A stretch of DNA of 64,000 bases, from positions 1 through 64,000 of the forward strand of contig JBIKVS010000005.1 in NCBI GenBank assembly GCA_044356725.1, read 5' to 3'. Positions 31,523 to 41,140 of this stretch are shown piece by piece. Source of the DNA: Minisyncoccia bacterium. GTDB taxonomy: Bacteria > Patescibacteriota > Minisyncoccia > SW-4-49-11. Made by a program: the position numbers and the translations under genes. How positions within the stretch are numbered: position 1 is the first letter of the stretch; each line of letters begins with the position of its first letter. The notes under the pieces were generated by a model. The model did not search any database. It worked only from the letters and a program-made list of their open reading frames with translations, and had not been told where the DNA came from.

Positions 31523-33034
31523 GTGATTCCTAAGACTAAAAATCAGCTTATACATAAGATTAGAAGGACTATATTAATAGATATCGAGTCTCAAAAACAT
31601 AGTGTTCAGCTCAAAGATCTAATTAATGATGATTCTACTGTTGTTTTATTAAATGAGGCTGGTATCTTCACTATTTCTGATTTAGTGACAATAGATATAT
31701 TCAAGTTAAGTTCTATTGATGAGGGTGTTCTTACTGAAATCAATAGTCAAATAAATCTTTTATCAAAAGGATTAGATTCTAATCTGGTTATCCCTGAAAG
31801 GCAGCAAGATATTCATCCAATCAATCAAATTGAACTAAATTCTCTTGAAGAGGTTATCAATTCTATTGAAGAAAAAGATAGAAATATAATAATAGAAAGG
31901 TATGGATTGTTGGGCGAAAAGAAAAAACTGAACGAGATAGGTGAAGATTTGGGGGTATCTCGTCAAAGAGTTCATCAAATTGTAGAGAGAAATTTAAATG
32001 ATATAAATAAGAAATATGTTCCCAATCACTTTATAGAGTCTGAAAATGTATCAAAATTAGCAGATCAGGTTATACCTATTGATGCTATTGGTAATCTTTC
32101 GAATACTTATAGTAATATTGGTTTGATTGAATTTATTATTGATGCTTTCCCATCTTTGTGGATTGTCATTTATAATGATAAGAACTTAAAGACCGATATT
32201 TTGATTAACAAGGATTTAATTAAATCTTTGCTGAATAAGATTTCTAGGGTTAAGAGCTTTTTGAAGCAACAGAAAGAATTTGTATCAATCCAACAGATCT
32301 CTGAATTATTTGAAATCAACATTGAGGTTATAAAAATAATTGATAATACTGTGATTAAAAATGAAACTATTGCCATTAAAACAAATAAGAATATTCCTTT
32401 TGGGATGTTTGGGATAATTTATGATGTTATTAAATCAGCTGGTAAGCCATTGAAAATCCAAGAGATTGTAAAAGTGTCTGGGTTAACTCAAAATCAGGTT
32501 AGAAGTAGACTGGATAGAGATAATGGGAAGTTTTTCATTAATGTTGGTAAAAGTATTTATGCTTTGTCAGAGTGGGGCTTTTCAAAGCTACAAACTAATG
32601 ATTTGATCTATAATTATATTAAGGAGTCGAATGAACCGAAATCGATTATGGAAATTCTCAGGTTTGTACGTATGCATAAAAGGATTAATGACTCTTCTAT
32701 TATTGCTGCTATATCAATAGATCCTAGAATAGTAACTATTAGACCAAAAACATACTCCCTAATAGAATGGGGTGCTAAACCTTATCATACTAGATCTGGT
32801 ACAAAATATGCTATTAATTGTTATGATGCTCTTATATCTATATTAAGTGAAGTGGATACAGATTTAACCATAAGTGAAATTTGTAATTTGTTAAATGATA
32901 AATATGGAGATGATGTAACTTCTTCTCAGACAACAATTTACGCTAACTTAAAGAAATTAAAGGAAAGTGGGAGGATTGAATTTATTATTAATTACGGTAA
33001 ACAATATTATAAATATAAATTAATTAAGGTATAG
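31523..33034 (+). CDS. Multi-HTH protein (alpha-CTD-like, sigma70 region 4, HARE-HTH/delta-like domains)
   Basis: LNEAGIFTISDL; ERYGL...LNEIGEDLGVSRQRVHQI; repeated YALSEWG / YSLIEWG. Confidence 0.7.
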   Translation: MIPKTKNQLIHKIRRTILIDIESQKHSVQLKDLINDDSTVVLLNEAGIFTISDLVTIDIFKLSSIDEGVLTEINSQINLLSKGLDSNLVIPERQQDIHPINQIELNSLEEVINSIEEKDRNIIIERYGLLGEKKKLNEIGEDLGVSRQRVHQIVERNLNDINKKYVPNHFIESENVSKLADQVIPIDAIGNLSNTYSNIGLIEFIIDAFPSLWIVIYNDKNLKTDILINKDLIKSLLNKISRVKSFLKQQKEFVSIQQISELFEINIEVIKIIDNTVIKNETIAIKTNKNIPFGMFGIIYDVIKSAGKPLKIQEIVKVSGLTQNQVRSRLDRDNGKFFINVGKSIYALSEWGFSKLQTNDLIYNYIKESNEPKSIMEILRFVRMHKRINDSSIIAAISIDPRIVTIRPKTYSLIEWGAKPYHTRSGTKYAINCYDALISILSEVDTDLTISEICNLLNDKYGDDVTSSQTTIYANLKKLKESGRIEFIINYGKQYYKYKLIKV

Positions 33035-33088
33035 GTGGAAATAAAGTTTTTTTTAGGAAGTTTTGGTCAAAATTTTTGGAGGAAAGAA

Positions 33089-33113
33089 AAAAGCCTCTGC
33101 GATGCAGGGGCTT
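33089..33113 (-). terminator. Terminator of the micro-protein cassette
   Basis: aagcccctgc-atc-gcagaggctt hairpin followed by T-run on the minus strand. Confidence 0.65.
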
Positions 33114-33145
33114 GTGGGGTTTAGTCGATCTAGATATTTTGTGGT

Positions 33146-33331
33146 TCATATATACTCTATAGAGTGAATATAAGATCCATCACTTAATTGATTCATTTCT
33201 TCACATATACTCTTTACCTGTTCGACGGAATCATATTCAATAATTTTTCCCTTACCTTCACTACCAGTTCCTATGTGTTTCCAGTTAACCCGGGCTTTGA
33301 TTTTGTTGTGCTCCTGCATATTAGGATCCAT
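33146..33331 (-). CDS. 61-aa micro-protein (WK-x3-TG-x2-G-x-G family)
   Basis: Own promoter and terminator; homologs at 50423-50608 and 49791-49949. Confidence 0.7.
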   Translation of the reverse strand: MDPNMQEHNKIKARVNWKHIGTGSEGKGKIIEYDSVEQVKSICEEMNQLSDGSYIHSIEYI

Positions 33332-33417
33332 TTTTTAGATGAAGCTTTTGTTTACTGAATACTTATAGCATAATATTACTACTTTGTACATAGCTTAATT
33401 CTTCTTCGATAATATTA

Positions 33418-33667
33418 GTCCACCCTCCGCCTACTGGTACTCCCTCCGAAGGGAGACATTAGCTCAGTCCACACCCGTCGCAAATGTCCTCCTCCCCCGT
33501 CGCAAATAGGATTTGCTCCTTGAAAATCCAGGGTTTCCAACACTCGGTCTTTGACCTCTTTGCCTTCCTCCACGGTAAAACTACCGTTTTCCCGACCCCT
33601 TTCCCAAAGGCTAAAGCCTTTTTTAGGTACTCCCTCCAACTACTTACGGCAGTTAAAAAGGGAGACA
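33418..33667. repeat. Composite REP-like element with ~120-bp core
   Basis: Core gatttgctccttgaaaa...ttttcccgacccctttccc recurs near 49548, 50172 and 52368. Confidence 0.9.
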
Positions 33668-33713
33668 TAAATACATAGATCCATAAATTGTCCTCCTTGA
33701 TTTTTTGTAAATA

Positions 33714-35510
33714 CTATAAGCTCTTATAATATTTCTTAATCTTTTCAGCCATTAGCTTTCTTCTTTGTTTCAGAAAATCATCATAATCATCAATTGTCAT
33801 ATCAAAGATTGATTCAGGAATGCAATTCACCTCTAAATTCTGTTTTAACTCTTCTATCGAGTTTATACTTCCATACTTGAACTCTCCCCCATTACACTGT
33901 TCTGTAACCGCTGCAAAATATTCATTAGGGGCTTTTTTACCTATACGAATATTAATCTCGGATTGAGAATATACAAAATTAGCAATTTGATTATAATCTC
34001 CCCTTGAAGTATATTTTTGCCTTAGATACTCTTTAGGGAAAATATGATGAATATCTCCTCTATGACTAATCAAGTTCCCAACGGTTATATCATTAGACAA
34101 AAATCCCTTATCATTAGCTTTCACTTGTGCAGCAAAGAAAACACTGAGAAAAGGACTTGTTCGAACTGAACGATCTAAATTCTCAACCAACCCAATATTC
34201 CAAAAAACATCAGATAGATCAGCAGATTCAATAGATTCTAAATATTTTTCAACACCATTTTTTACAATATTTTTGATATCAAAATCAAACCATGATTCAG
34301 GAGAACCAGAATATCTTCCCGTCAAAACAGACATCACAAACCACCGCTGAACATAGCGAGCAATCAAAGCCTCATCCATCCCATCATCCTTTAGCTTTAA
34401 GTATAAAATATAAGCAAAATTCAAAGTCGCTTTAGAACTAATCAAATCAGAATCAATAAATCCTGATGACTTAATAATCATAATAAATCTCTTGAAATGA
34501 GTCTGATTGACAAAATCAAGTACACTCTCACTCAAGCGATAAAAAGACCTATCCATAATTTCCTGCTCAAAAGCTCTAGTCTCAAAATTCCTACCCGATA
34601 ATAAACTAACCAAGTCACTCATTCTACCTCTTTCAAACTCCTTAGTAAAACTAACCCGCAAGACATCAGAATAATTAGGATCATATAAATCATCATTTTC
34701 ATCTTTCAACCAGCCAATTTTATGATAATATGGTGTCTCTACAAAGTCTTTATCATTTTCTGTAATTTGCTTAAAGAATTTAGGCTCTTTAGCTAGGTGA
34801 CAAAAATAATCAATAGCCTTACGAAGATTAACCCCAAAATTATCCTCCACATCATAAGAAGCAATCTTAGACATTGCAAAATCTGCCTGACTTAAGACCA
34901 CCCCTTCAGAATTAATACGGATAAATATCTCAGTCACTGTCTCAATATCCAAACTAGAATCAAGTTCAATAAATCCAATTTGTTTATTTTTAATATCCAA
35001 TAAATTCTCAATGCTTTTCTCAACAATAGCCCTATCAATATCTGGATTCTTTTCGCAATATGTATTAACCGCTTGGAATAAACCAGCACCTTTACCCATC
35101 AATTCAGAAATATCTGGGATCCAAGCCACATCTTTTTCAATAGCAGGAGTAAAAGTTGCAAACTCTTCGTTTACTGGATGAAAAGCAATTTTAACCTTTT
35201 GCTCCTTATAATCTTTATCCACAATAGGCTCACCCAATACAGCAGCTCTTAAAGCAGTAATCCTCTGCTGTCCATCAATCAAAACCTTTTTACCACTAGA
35301 AAGAGTACCATCTTTTAGCCTTACATCTGGATTTTTCCATGCAATAATATAGCCAATAGGATAACCTTGATACAAAGAATCCATAAGGTCACGAATTTTA
35401 GTAGTATCCCACACAAAAGGCCTTTGAATCTCAGGAATAGCAATCTCTTTTTCTTGAACCCAGCTTAAAATGTTACTAATTAGATATTGATTAACAGTAT
35501 ATTTTTGCAT
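33714..35510 (-). CDS. GmrSD-like DUF262 protein with C-terminal HNH-like domain (type IV restriction candidate)
   Basis: IPEIQRPFVW, DSLYQGYPIG, IDGQQR, IFIRINS, DIHHIFP...IANF. Confidence 0.88.
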   Translation of the reverse strand: MQKYTVNQYLISNILSWVQEKEIAIPEIQRPFVWDTTKIRDLMDSLYQGYPIGYIIAWKNPDVRLKDGTLSSGKKVLIDGQQRITALRAAVLGEPIVDKDYKEQKVKIAFHPVNEEFATFTPAIEKDVAWIPDISELMGKGAGLFQAVNTYCEKNPDIDRAIVEKSIENLLDIKNKQIGFIELDSSLDIETVTEIFIRINSEGVVLSQADFAMSKIASYDVEDNFGVNLRKAIDYFCHLAKEPKFFKQITENDKDFVETPYYHKIGWLKDENDDLYDPNYSDVLRVSFTKEFERGRMSDLVSLLSGRNFETRAFEQEIMDRSFYRLSESVLDFVNQTHFKRFIMIIKSSGFIDSDLISSKATLNFAYILYLKLKDDGMDEALIARYVQRWFVMSVLTGRYSGSPESWFDFDIKNIVKNGVEKYLESIESADLSDVFWNIGLVENLDRSVRTSPFLSVFFAAQVKANDKGFLSNDITVGNLISHRGDIHHIFPKEYLRQKYTSRGDYNQIANFVYSQSEINIRIGKKAPNEYFAAVTEQCNGGEFKYGSINSIEELKQNLEVNCIPESIFDMTIDDYDDFLKQRRKLMAEKIKKYYKSL

Positions 35511-35617
35511 AGAATTGTATTATTTAAATTTATTATAGCATATTATTATATAAAATAATAAAAAATCCGCAACCAAAGGGAAGCGGATAAATGAGGGATG
35601 ATTGGTGGAAAGCAACA

Positions 35618-35920
35618 CTAGGATTCCTTGATGTGACGAATCTCCTCTTCGAGATAATTGATGTCACGCTGAGTGTATCCCAGCATCTGTGCCGCCATGA
35701 AGACGACAAACAGTGCTGCCCCCAGCCGCTGTGGCATGGCATCAATCCCCCGCAACAGTGCGAGGAAAAAGAATCCCAAGCACACAAAGCCCCCGACGAA
35801 ATAGAATGCCTGCAACACCTTCAGGAACTTCACTCCTCCCTTCAAGAGGCGCTCCTGCTCGACGGCAGGATACTTCTTGGAATTGTGAAGCATGTTTTCG
35901 GCGATGGAAAGGTAGGCCAA
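35618..35920 (-). CDS. GC-rich orphan two-TM membrane protein
   Basis: Two hydrophobic helices; promoter TTGACA-17-TACATT (35948-35976) and terminator at about 35560-35588; start codon uncertain. Confidence 0.55.
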   Translation of the reverse strand: MAYLSIAENMLHNSKKYPAVEQERLLKGGVKFLKVLQAFYFVGGFVCLGFFFLALLRGIDAMPQRLGAALFVVFMAAQMLGYTQRDINYLEEEIRHIKES

Positions 35921-36000
35921 AGTTCAAAATAGGTAACTTCAATTGCAAATGTAGCACATTATTATAAAAATGTCAATACTTATAAACTTAAATGTTTCCC

Positions 36001-39000
36001 TTACCTCATCACCTTATCCATCAAATGTTGATAGGTATCCACTACATCATATATTACAGAGTCATGTCCTAGAGCTTCAAAATGCTTTTTAGCATAGTCA
36101 ATTTTTAATTTTTCCACCGTTTTGAGTTGCATACTACTCAAAGAACCTTTGGTCTCAGCAATAAAATAGATATGTTTAATATTTCTCTCATAGAATACTA
36201 TTGCCCAATCTGGATTATAATTGCCAACTGGAGTCGGGATAAAGAATCCTCTTGGTAATTTTGCATAAACTAAAACATTTTCATTGTTTTTTTCTAAATC
36301 ATCAGCAAATCTATATTCAATTTCAGAATCTGTCTTAACATAAGAATAAATATGCCTCTTAACCTCTTGAATGTTTTTACCTAATTCACCTCTCAGATTA
36401 TTGATAGTAAACACATCATCCTCATATATCTGACCTGTCTGATTATAAGTAATATGATTGATTAGAGTAGTAGCTTTTTGTTCTTGAATAATTCTTGAGA
36501 CCTCTTTAATAAAGTGTTCTGGATTTTCTTGGAATAGCATAAATTTATGTGGACTAATCCTAGATAAAATTTTAGCTACGGTTTTTCGTGTAATATTAGC
36601 TTCTTTGGCAATTTCAGCTATTAAGTCATATTTCAAATCCCCCAAAACATTTTCTGCTTTATGCATTTGGGAAGATAATTTAGTCATAGTAGTTTTGGTT
36701 TTTACATATTCAGTTCGTATTTCATTGACTTGCTCTCCTTTTGTCACTTGAATCATCACTCTTTGGACATTTAACTCTCTATCAATAGCCTTTATGCTCA
36801 CATCTACCAATTCTTCAGTATCAAAAGAAACCGTATAACTTGTTTTGACCTTCAATTTAGACCATAGATTTTGAAACTCCTGTTTATAAAAGTTATCATT
36901 AGGCTTTATATTCTCTTCTTTAATATTTTGTTTTCTATCATTTTCTGTAGCTTTATAAACACTAGTATTGTATACACTCATCAGAATTTCAGCCAAATGC
37001 TCTTTATAAGGCTCTAAACTTTCAGGAACAGACCAATCTCCCGTACTAATACCTTGTACTAAAGTATCAGTAATATGATAATTCTCATCAATATAATTTT
37101 CTTTGTTTAACTTCATAATTAAGTCCATAGCATCTTTAGAAGTCATAGTCATACTATCTTCACCATCTTTAGACTTTAGCAATTTACCTTCAAATAAAGG
37201 AACTTCTACTATAATTGGACGATGCGAGAGCGAGTCAAAAATTTCTCTTTGTAATTCATTGGCAAAAGTATCATAAGATTCATTAGCAATAATAGTCACC
37301 GTATTAACATCAAAAAATCTATCATCTAAGGCACTAAAATCCATTCTCTCCCCATATTGATTAACCGCAATTCTCAATCCTCGTCCAATTTCCTGCCTTT
37401 TAGAAATACTAGAACTGCTATGTCTCAAAGTACAAATTTGGAAAATATTAGGATTATCCCAACCCTCTCTCAAAGCAGAATGTGAGAAAATAAATCTAGT
37501 AGGTTCAGACAAACTCAATAATCTCTCTTTTTCCTTCATAATCAAGTTATAGGCATCAATATCATCACTCCCACCTTCGCTTTGTTTATCCTTAGAATCA
37601 ATAGCTCGACCTTTTTTATCAATCGAAAAATACCCATTATGAATTTTAGAAACTTCCCATTGATTCAAATACTGCTCATATTCAGGAGCTAATAAATTCT
37701 GCTGAGACACCGCTCGGGTATATTCTCTTTCAAAAATTTCCTCATATTCAGAGCGAATAATATTCCCCGCCTCATCATAAGCCCGATATTTAGACACTTC
37801 ATCAATGAAAAACAAAGTCAAAACTTTAATCCCTAAAGCATACAATTCCTGCTCCTTCTCCAAATGCGAAGCAATCGCCTCCCGAATTTGAATCGTACGA
37901 ATATGTTTCTCATCAATATTCCCCATCACTTGTCCCACTTCCAAACTAACTCCATTAGTAAAGCTAACCGTATTAGTCAAAGCATTGATTTCCTTGACTA
38001 CAAAACCTTGATACTGAGCTAATTCTCCAGAAATATCATACAAATTATCCCCTTCTCTAATTTTTTTCAAAACCTTTTTGATACCATTACCTTGTTTAGT
38101 CTCAATCTCCATCTGAATAGAAGCATTCGGATATTCTCTCGTGCTAATATTAATCCTATCCAAAAATAGATAACTATTGGTACCAGTACTTCCCTTCGCC
38201 TCAATTCCCTTGACCCGAATTTTCTTCACCAACTTTTTATTATAGGCATCAATCGCATCCAGCCGATAAATTTTATTAAATTCCTCTTTGTGAGTAGCAC
38301 TATATCTGACAATAAATAAAGGACTAAACTCCTGCAACATAGACTCGGCAGTTTTCCCAAATCTCTGTGGTTCATCAATAATCAAAATCGGATTAGTCTT
38401 GCGAATCAAATCAATTGGTTTTTCGGAATTAAGAGCGTCAATTTCTTGAAAAATCTTCCTATTATCCTTACCTCTACTCCCAAAAGCCTGATAATTCATC
38501 ACAATAACCTCAATCTCACTACTTTGGACAAATTTTTTAATATTCACCAGATTAGATGAATTCTTAGTATCATAAGCAAAATAACGAAGCTTTTTGCCAT
38601 ATAATTCTTGAAAATGATCCGATGTAATCTGAAGTGACTTCAAAACCCCCTCCCGAATTGCAATAGACGGCACCATAATAATAAATTTATTCCAGCCATA
38701 AGCTCGATTTAATTCAAACATAGACTTGGTATAGACATAAGTCTTACCTGTACCCGTCTCCATCTCAACTGTAAAATTATAGCCACCTTCCAGTTTTTGA
38801 CTCACTGGTAAACCTTGCTCTTTTTGAATTTTTTGGAGATTAGATAAAAGTTTAGAATAATCCAAATCTAACCTTCTATTCGCAAACATATACTCATCCA
38901 CCCATTGCTGGTCTAATTGTCCTTTATTATATAATTCCCGACCTAAGACTTGCTTCCCAGACTCTTTATTCTGCCCATCAAAAACCCTAATCAAAGCCTC

Positions 39001-39045
39001 TGTCGCTTCTATTTGGTATTGTTGTTGTTTGAAATGCAGTTTCAT
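36001..39045 (-). CDS. res: Type III restriction endonuclease subunit
   Basis: VEMETGTGKT, IIDEPQ, YSATH, ALREGWDNPN, QEIGRGLR, YNPDW...IAETKG nuclease. Confidence 0.95.
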   Translation of the reverse strand: MKLHFKQQQYQIEATEALIRVFDGQNKESGKQVLGRELYNKGQLDQQWVDEYMFANRRLDLDYSKLLSNLQKIQKEQGLPVSQKLEGGYNFTVEMETGTGKTYVYTKSMFELNRAYGWNKFIIMVPSIAIREGVLKSLQITSDHFQELYGKKLRYFAYDTKNSSNLVNIKKFVQSSEIEVIVMNYQAFGSRGKDNRKIFQEIDALNSEKPIDLIRKTNPILIIDEPQRFGKTAESMLQEFSPLFIVRYSATHKEEFNKIYRLDAIDAYNKKLVKKIRVKGIEAKGSTGTNSYLFLDRINISTREYPNASIQMEIETKQGNGIKKVLKKIREGDNLYDISGELAQYQGFVVKEINALTNTVSFTNGVSLEVGQVMGNIDEKHIRTIQIREAIASHLEKEQELYALGIKVLTLFFIDEVSKYRAYDEAGNIIRSEYEEIFEREYTRAVSQQNLLAPEYEQYLNQWEVSKIHNGYFSIDKKGRAIDSKDKQSEGGSDDIDAYNLIMKEKERLLSLSEPTRFIFSHSALREGWDNPNIFQICTLRHSSSSISKRQEIGRGLRIAVNQYGERMDFSALDDRFFDVNTVTIIANESYDTFANELQREIFDSLSHRPIIVEVPLFEGKLLKSKDGEDSMTMTSKDAMDLIMKLNKENYIDENYHITDTLVQGISTGDWSVPESLEPYKEHLAEILMSVYNTSVYKATENDRKQNIKEENIKPNDNFYKQEFQNLWSKLKVKTSYTVSFDTEELVDVSIKAIDRELNVQRVMIQVTKGEQVNEIRTEYVKTKTTMTKLSSQMHKAENVLGDLKYDLIAEIAKEANITRKTVAKILSRISPHKFMLFQENPEHFIKEVSRIIQEQKATTLINHITYNQTGQIYEDDVFTINNLRGELGKNIQEVKRHIYSYVKTDSEIEYRFADDLEKNNENVLVYAKLPRGFFIPTPVGNYNPDWAIVFYERNIKHIYFIAETKGSLSSMQLKTVEKLKIDYAKKHFEALGHDSVIYDVVDTYQHLMDKVMR

Positions 39046-39053
39046 ATAATCAG

Positions 39054-40991
39054 CTATATCACTATTATCTTAGTCTCTCTCGGAGATAAAGTCTTAAAAC
39101 TAGTATCCAATTGAATGCGGTCATTCTCATTGGCAAAACTACTATCTCTGAATACAGCTGTATCAGCTCCTAGCTTAGCTAAATCATCTACAATACTAAT
39201 ATCCAAAACAGGATCCACACAAATAATCAAATCATTCTCCCCTACTATATAGACAGTATTCTGCTTGTACTTCATACTCTTAATTGGTAAATCCAAAGTC
39301 AAAGCCTTATCTAATAAAATATGAATCAAAAGATCCTCCCCCGAACGGTCAGCCTTAATTGTATCCACCAATTGCATCAAATCTTGTTGTTTGATATTAG
39401 CTGGATGTAGCCTGATATCTTTCATATTACTGCTATCCACTCGAAAAGCTCTAAACCCAATATCCAACTCTGATGTAGTCTGGTCAGTTGTATTATCTTG
39501 TCCTCCTTTGGAGGAGGTGACCTTTAGGTCGGAGGAGGACTGCTTGGATTTCAAATCAGCTACAATCTTCTCCCCTGCTCGGCGAATTCGCTCACGAGAT
39601 AATTCCGCAATAGTCTTATACCCAGCCTTATAAGCCTCTGACTTCTCATCGGTCTCCTCATCTAATTGCACCATTATAAATTTACGATTACCAGCATCCT
39701 CAGCATTCAGTTGCATTACCGCATGAGCCGTAGTCCCAGATCCAGCGAAGAAGTCAAGGATAATGTCATTTGAAAAGGTTGATGTTTCTATAATCTTTTT
39801 GAGTAAAATAATAGGTTTAGGATAAGAAAATTCTACATTTGCACCCATTAAAATCTCAAAGTCTTTTCTACCATTTGTTGTTCCACCATAATTTAAAATT
39901 GACAATAAAAAAGCTGTTCTTCTTTCATCTGTTGGTATTATTAATCTAGGTTGTTTATGCCCATCACTTCCCCAGTATATTAAATCTTGTTCTATCAATT
40001 TATCAATTTCCTCTTTACTCCATTTCCATTGTCTCGTAAATTCATCGCCACTGTTATTTTTTATAGTAAAATAATTTTTATGATCTATTTTTTCATTCTC
40101 TAAATTAACTGCAAGATTAGCTGTTTGCAACTCATTTTCTCTACCAACTAAAGGTTCTTTGATTTTACTAAACTGTATATTATTATAATTTCTATAGACA
40201 CATAAAATATATTCATGAATTCTTCTTGTTGTAGATGTTTGTTTTAATGTTCCTGATGAACCTTCTGCCTCTTTATTCCATATTAAGGTCTCCACATTCT
40301 CCTCCCCAAATATCTCATCACAGATTTTCCTTAGATTATGGACTTCATTATCATCTATGGAGATGAATATTACTCCATCTTCTCGGAGTAAGTCTCTGGC
40401 AATATGTAATCGTTCATACATCATAGATAGCCAATCGCTATGATATCTAGGGTTAGTTTTGAAATTCTCTTTGAATAATTTATTTTTCTCCTCATCGTAT
40501 TGACCGATTTTTTCGGCATATTCTGACTTATTTATGGTGAATTTATCCGAGTAAACAAAGTCTTTACCAGTATTATAAGGTGGATCAATATAAATCATTT
40601 TGATTTTGCCAAGATAAGATTCTTGTAGGATTTTGAGAGCTTTGAAATTATCTCCTTCGATAAAGATATTCTGAGTATTTTCCCAATTCTTACTATTAGC
40701 TATATCTGGTCTTAAGGTCTCGGTGATAGGAGTATTAGCTTTGAGTAAAGAGGCTTTTTTACCTGGCCAATCTAGATGATATTTTTCTCTTGGACCATCT
40801 ACTAATTCTTTGGATAATAGTTGTTTTAATAAATCAAAGTCTACACCTTTAGTGATATTCCCCGCTTCATCCTCTTTTTCTATAATTACATTTGGAAAAA
40901 TTGCACTGATTTTATCTATATTAAGATTAGTCAAATCCTTAGTCTGAGACTTCAGATTTAGTTTATCAAACTCCACCTTCTCCTTTGCCAT
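39054..40991 (-). CDS. mod: Type III RM methyltransferase subunit
   Basis: IEGDN, YIDPPYNTG, HSDWLSMMY, ILDFFAGSGTTAHA. Confidence 0.95.
   Translation of the reverse strand: MAKEKVEFDKLNLKSQTKDLTNLNIDKISAIFPNVIIEKEDEAGNITKGVDFDLLKQLLSKELVDGPREKYHLDWPGKKASLLKANTPITETLRPDIANSKNWENTQNIFIEGDNFKALKILQESYLGKIKMIYIDPPYNTGKDFVYSDKFTINKSEYAEKIGQYDEEKNKLFKENFKTNPRYHSDWLSMMYERLHIARDLLREDGVIFISIDDNEVHNLRKICDEIFGEENVETLIWNKEAEGSSGTLKQTSTTRRIHEYILCVYRNYNNIQFSKIKEPLVGRENELQTANLAVNLENEKIDHKNYFTIKNNSGDEFTRQWKWSKEEIDKLIEQDLIYWGSDGHKQPRLIIPTDERRTAFLLSILNYGGTTNGRKDFEILMGANVEFSYPKPIILLKKIIETSTFSNDIILDFFAGSGTTAHAVMQLNAEDAGNRKFIMVQLDEETDEKSEAYKAGYKTIAELSRERIRRAGEKIVADLKSKQSSSDLKVTSSKGGQDNTTDQTTSELDIGFRAFRVDSSNMKDIRLHPANIKQQDLMQLVDTIKADRSGEDLLIHILLDKALTLDLPIKSMKYKQNTVYIVGENDLIICVDPVLDISIVDDLAKLGADTAVFRDSSFANENDRIQLDTSFKTLSPRETKIIVI
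39499..39542. repeat. REP-like unit 1 inside the mod coding sequence
   Basis: tgtcctcctttggaggaggtgacctttaggtcggaggaggactg resembles 15779-15825; translated as QSSSDLKVTSSKGGQ. Confidence 0.8.
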
Positions 40992-41140
40992 AAGTTTACT
41001 GATTTTATGATTTAGCTATATATTGTATTATATCATATTATTATGTTTTTAATATAAAAATTATCTTATATTGATAAAAGTTGAATAATTATGTAATATG
41101 TATTTAGGATATTAGATAGCAAATAATTAAATTCAATATT

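Noticed and set aside
33415-33678. ORFs of 60-120 aa over the GC-rich repeats (also 49497-49879, 50080-50520, 50736-51002, 52303-52614, 53719-53907)
   Set aside because: They are translations of the non-coding repeat in several frames and on both strands, with inconsistent starts and stops between copies.
35533-35967. Four alternative overlapping ORFs in the GC-rich patch
   Set aside because: Only 35618-35920 on the minus strand fits the flanking promoter and terminator and gives a coherent two-TM protein.
39054-40991. Phase-variable mod with a simple sequence repeat
   Set aside because: No long homopolymer or short tandem repeat tract seen in the ORF.
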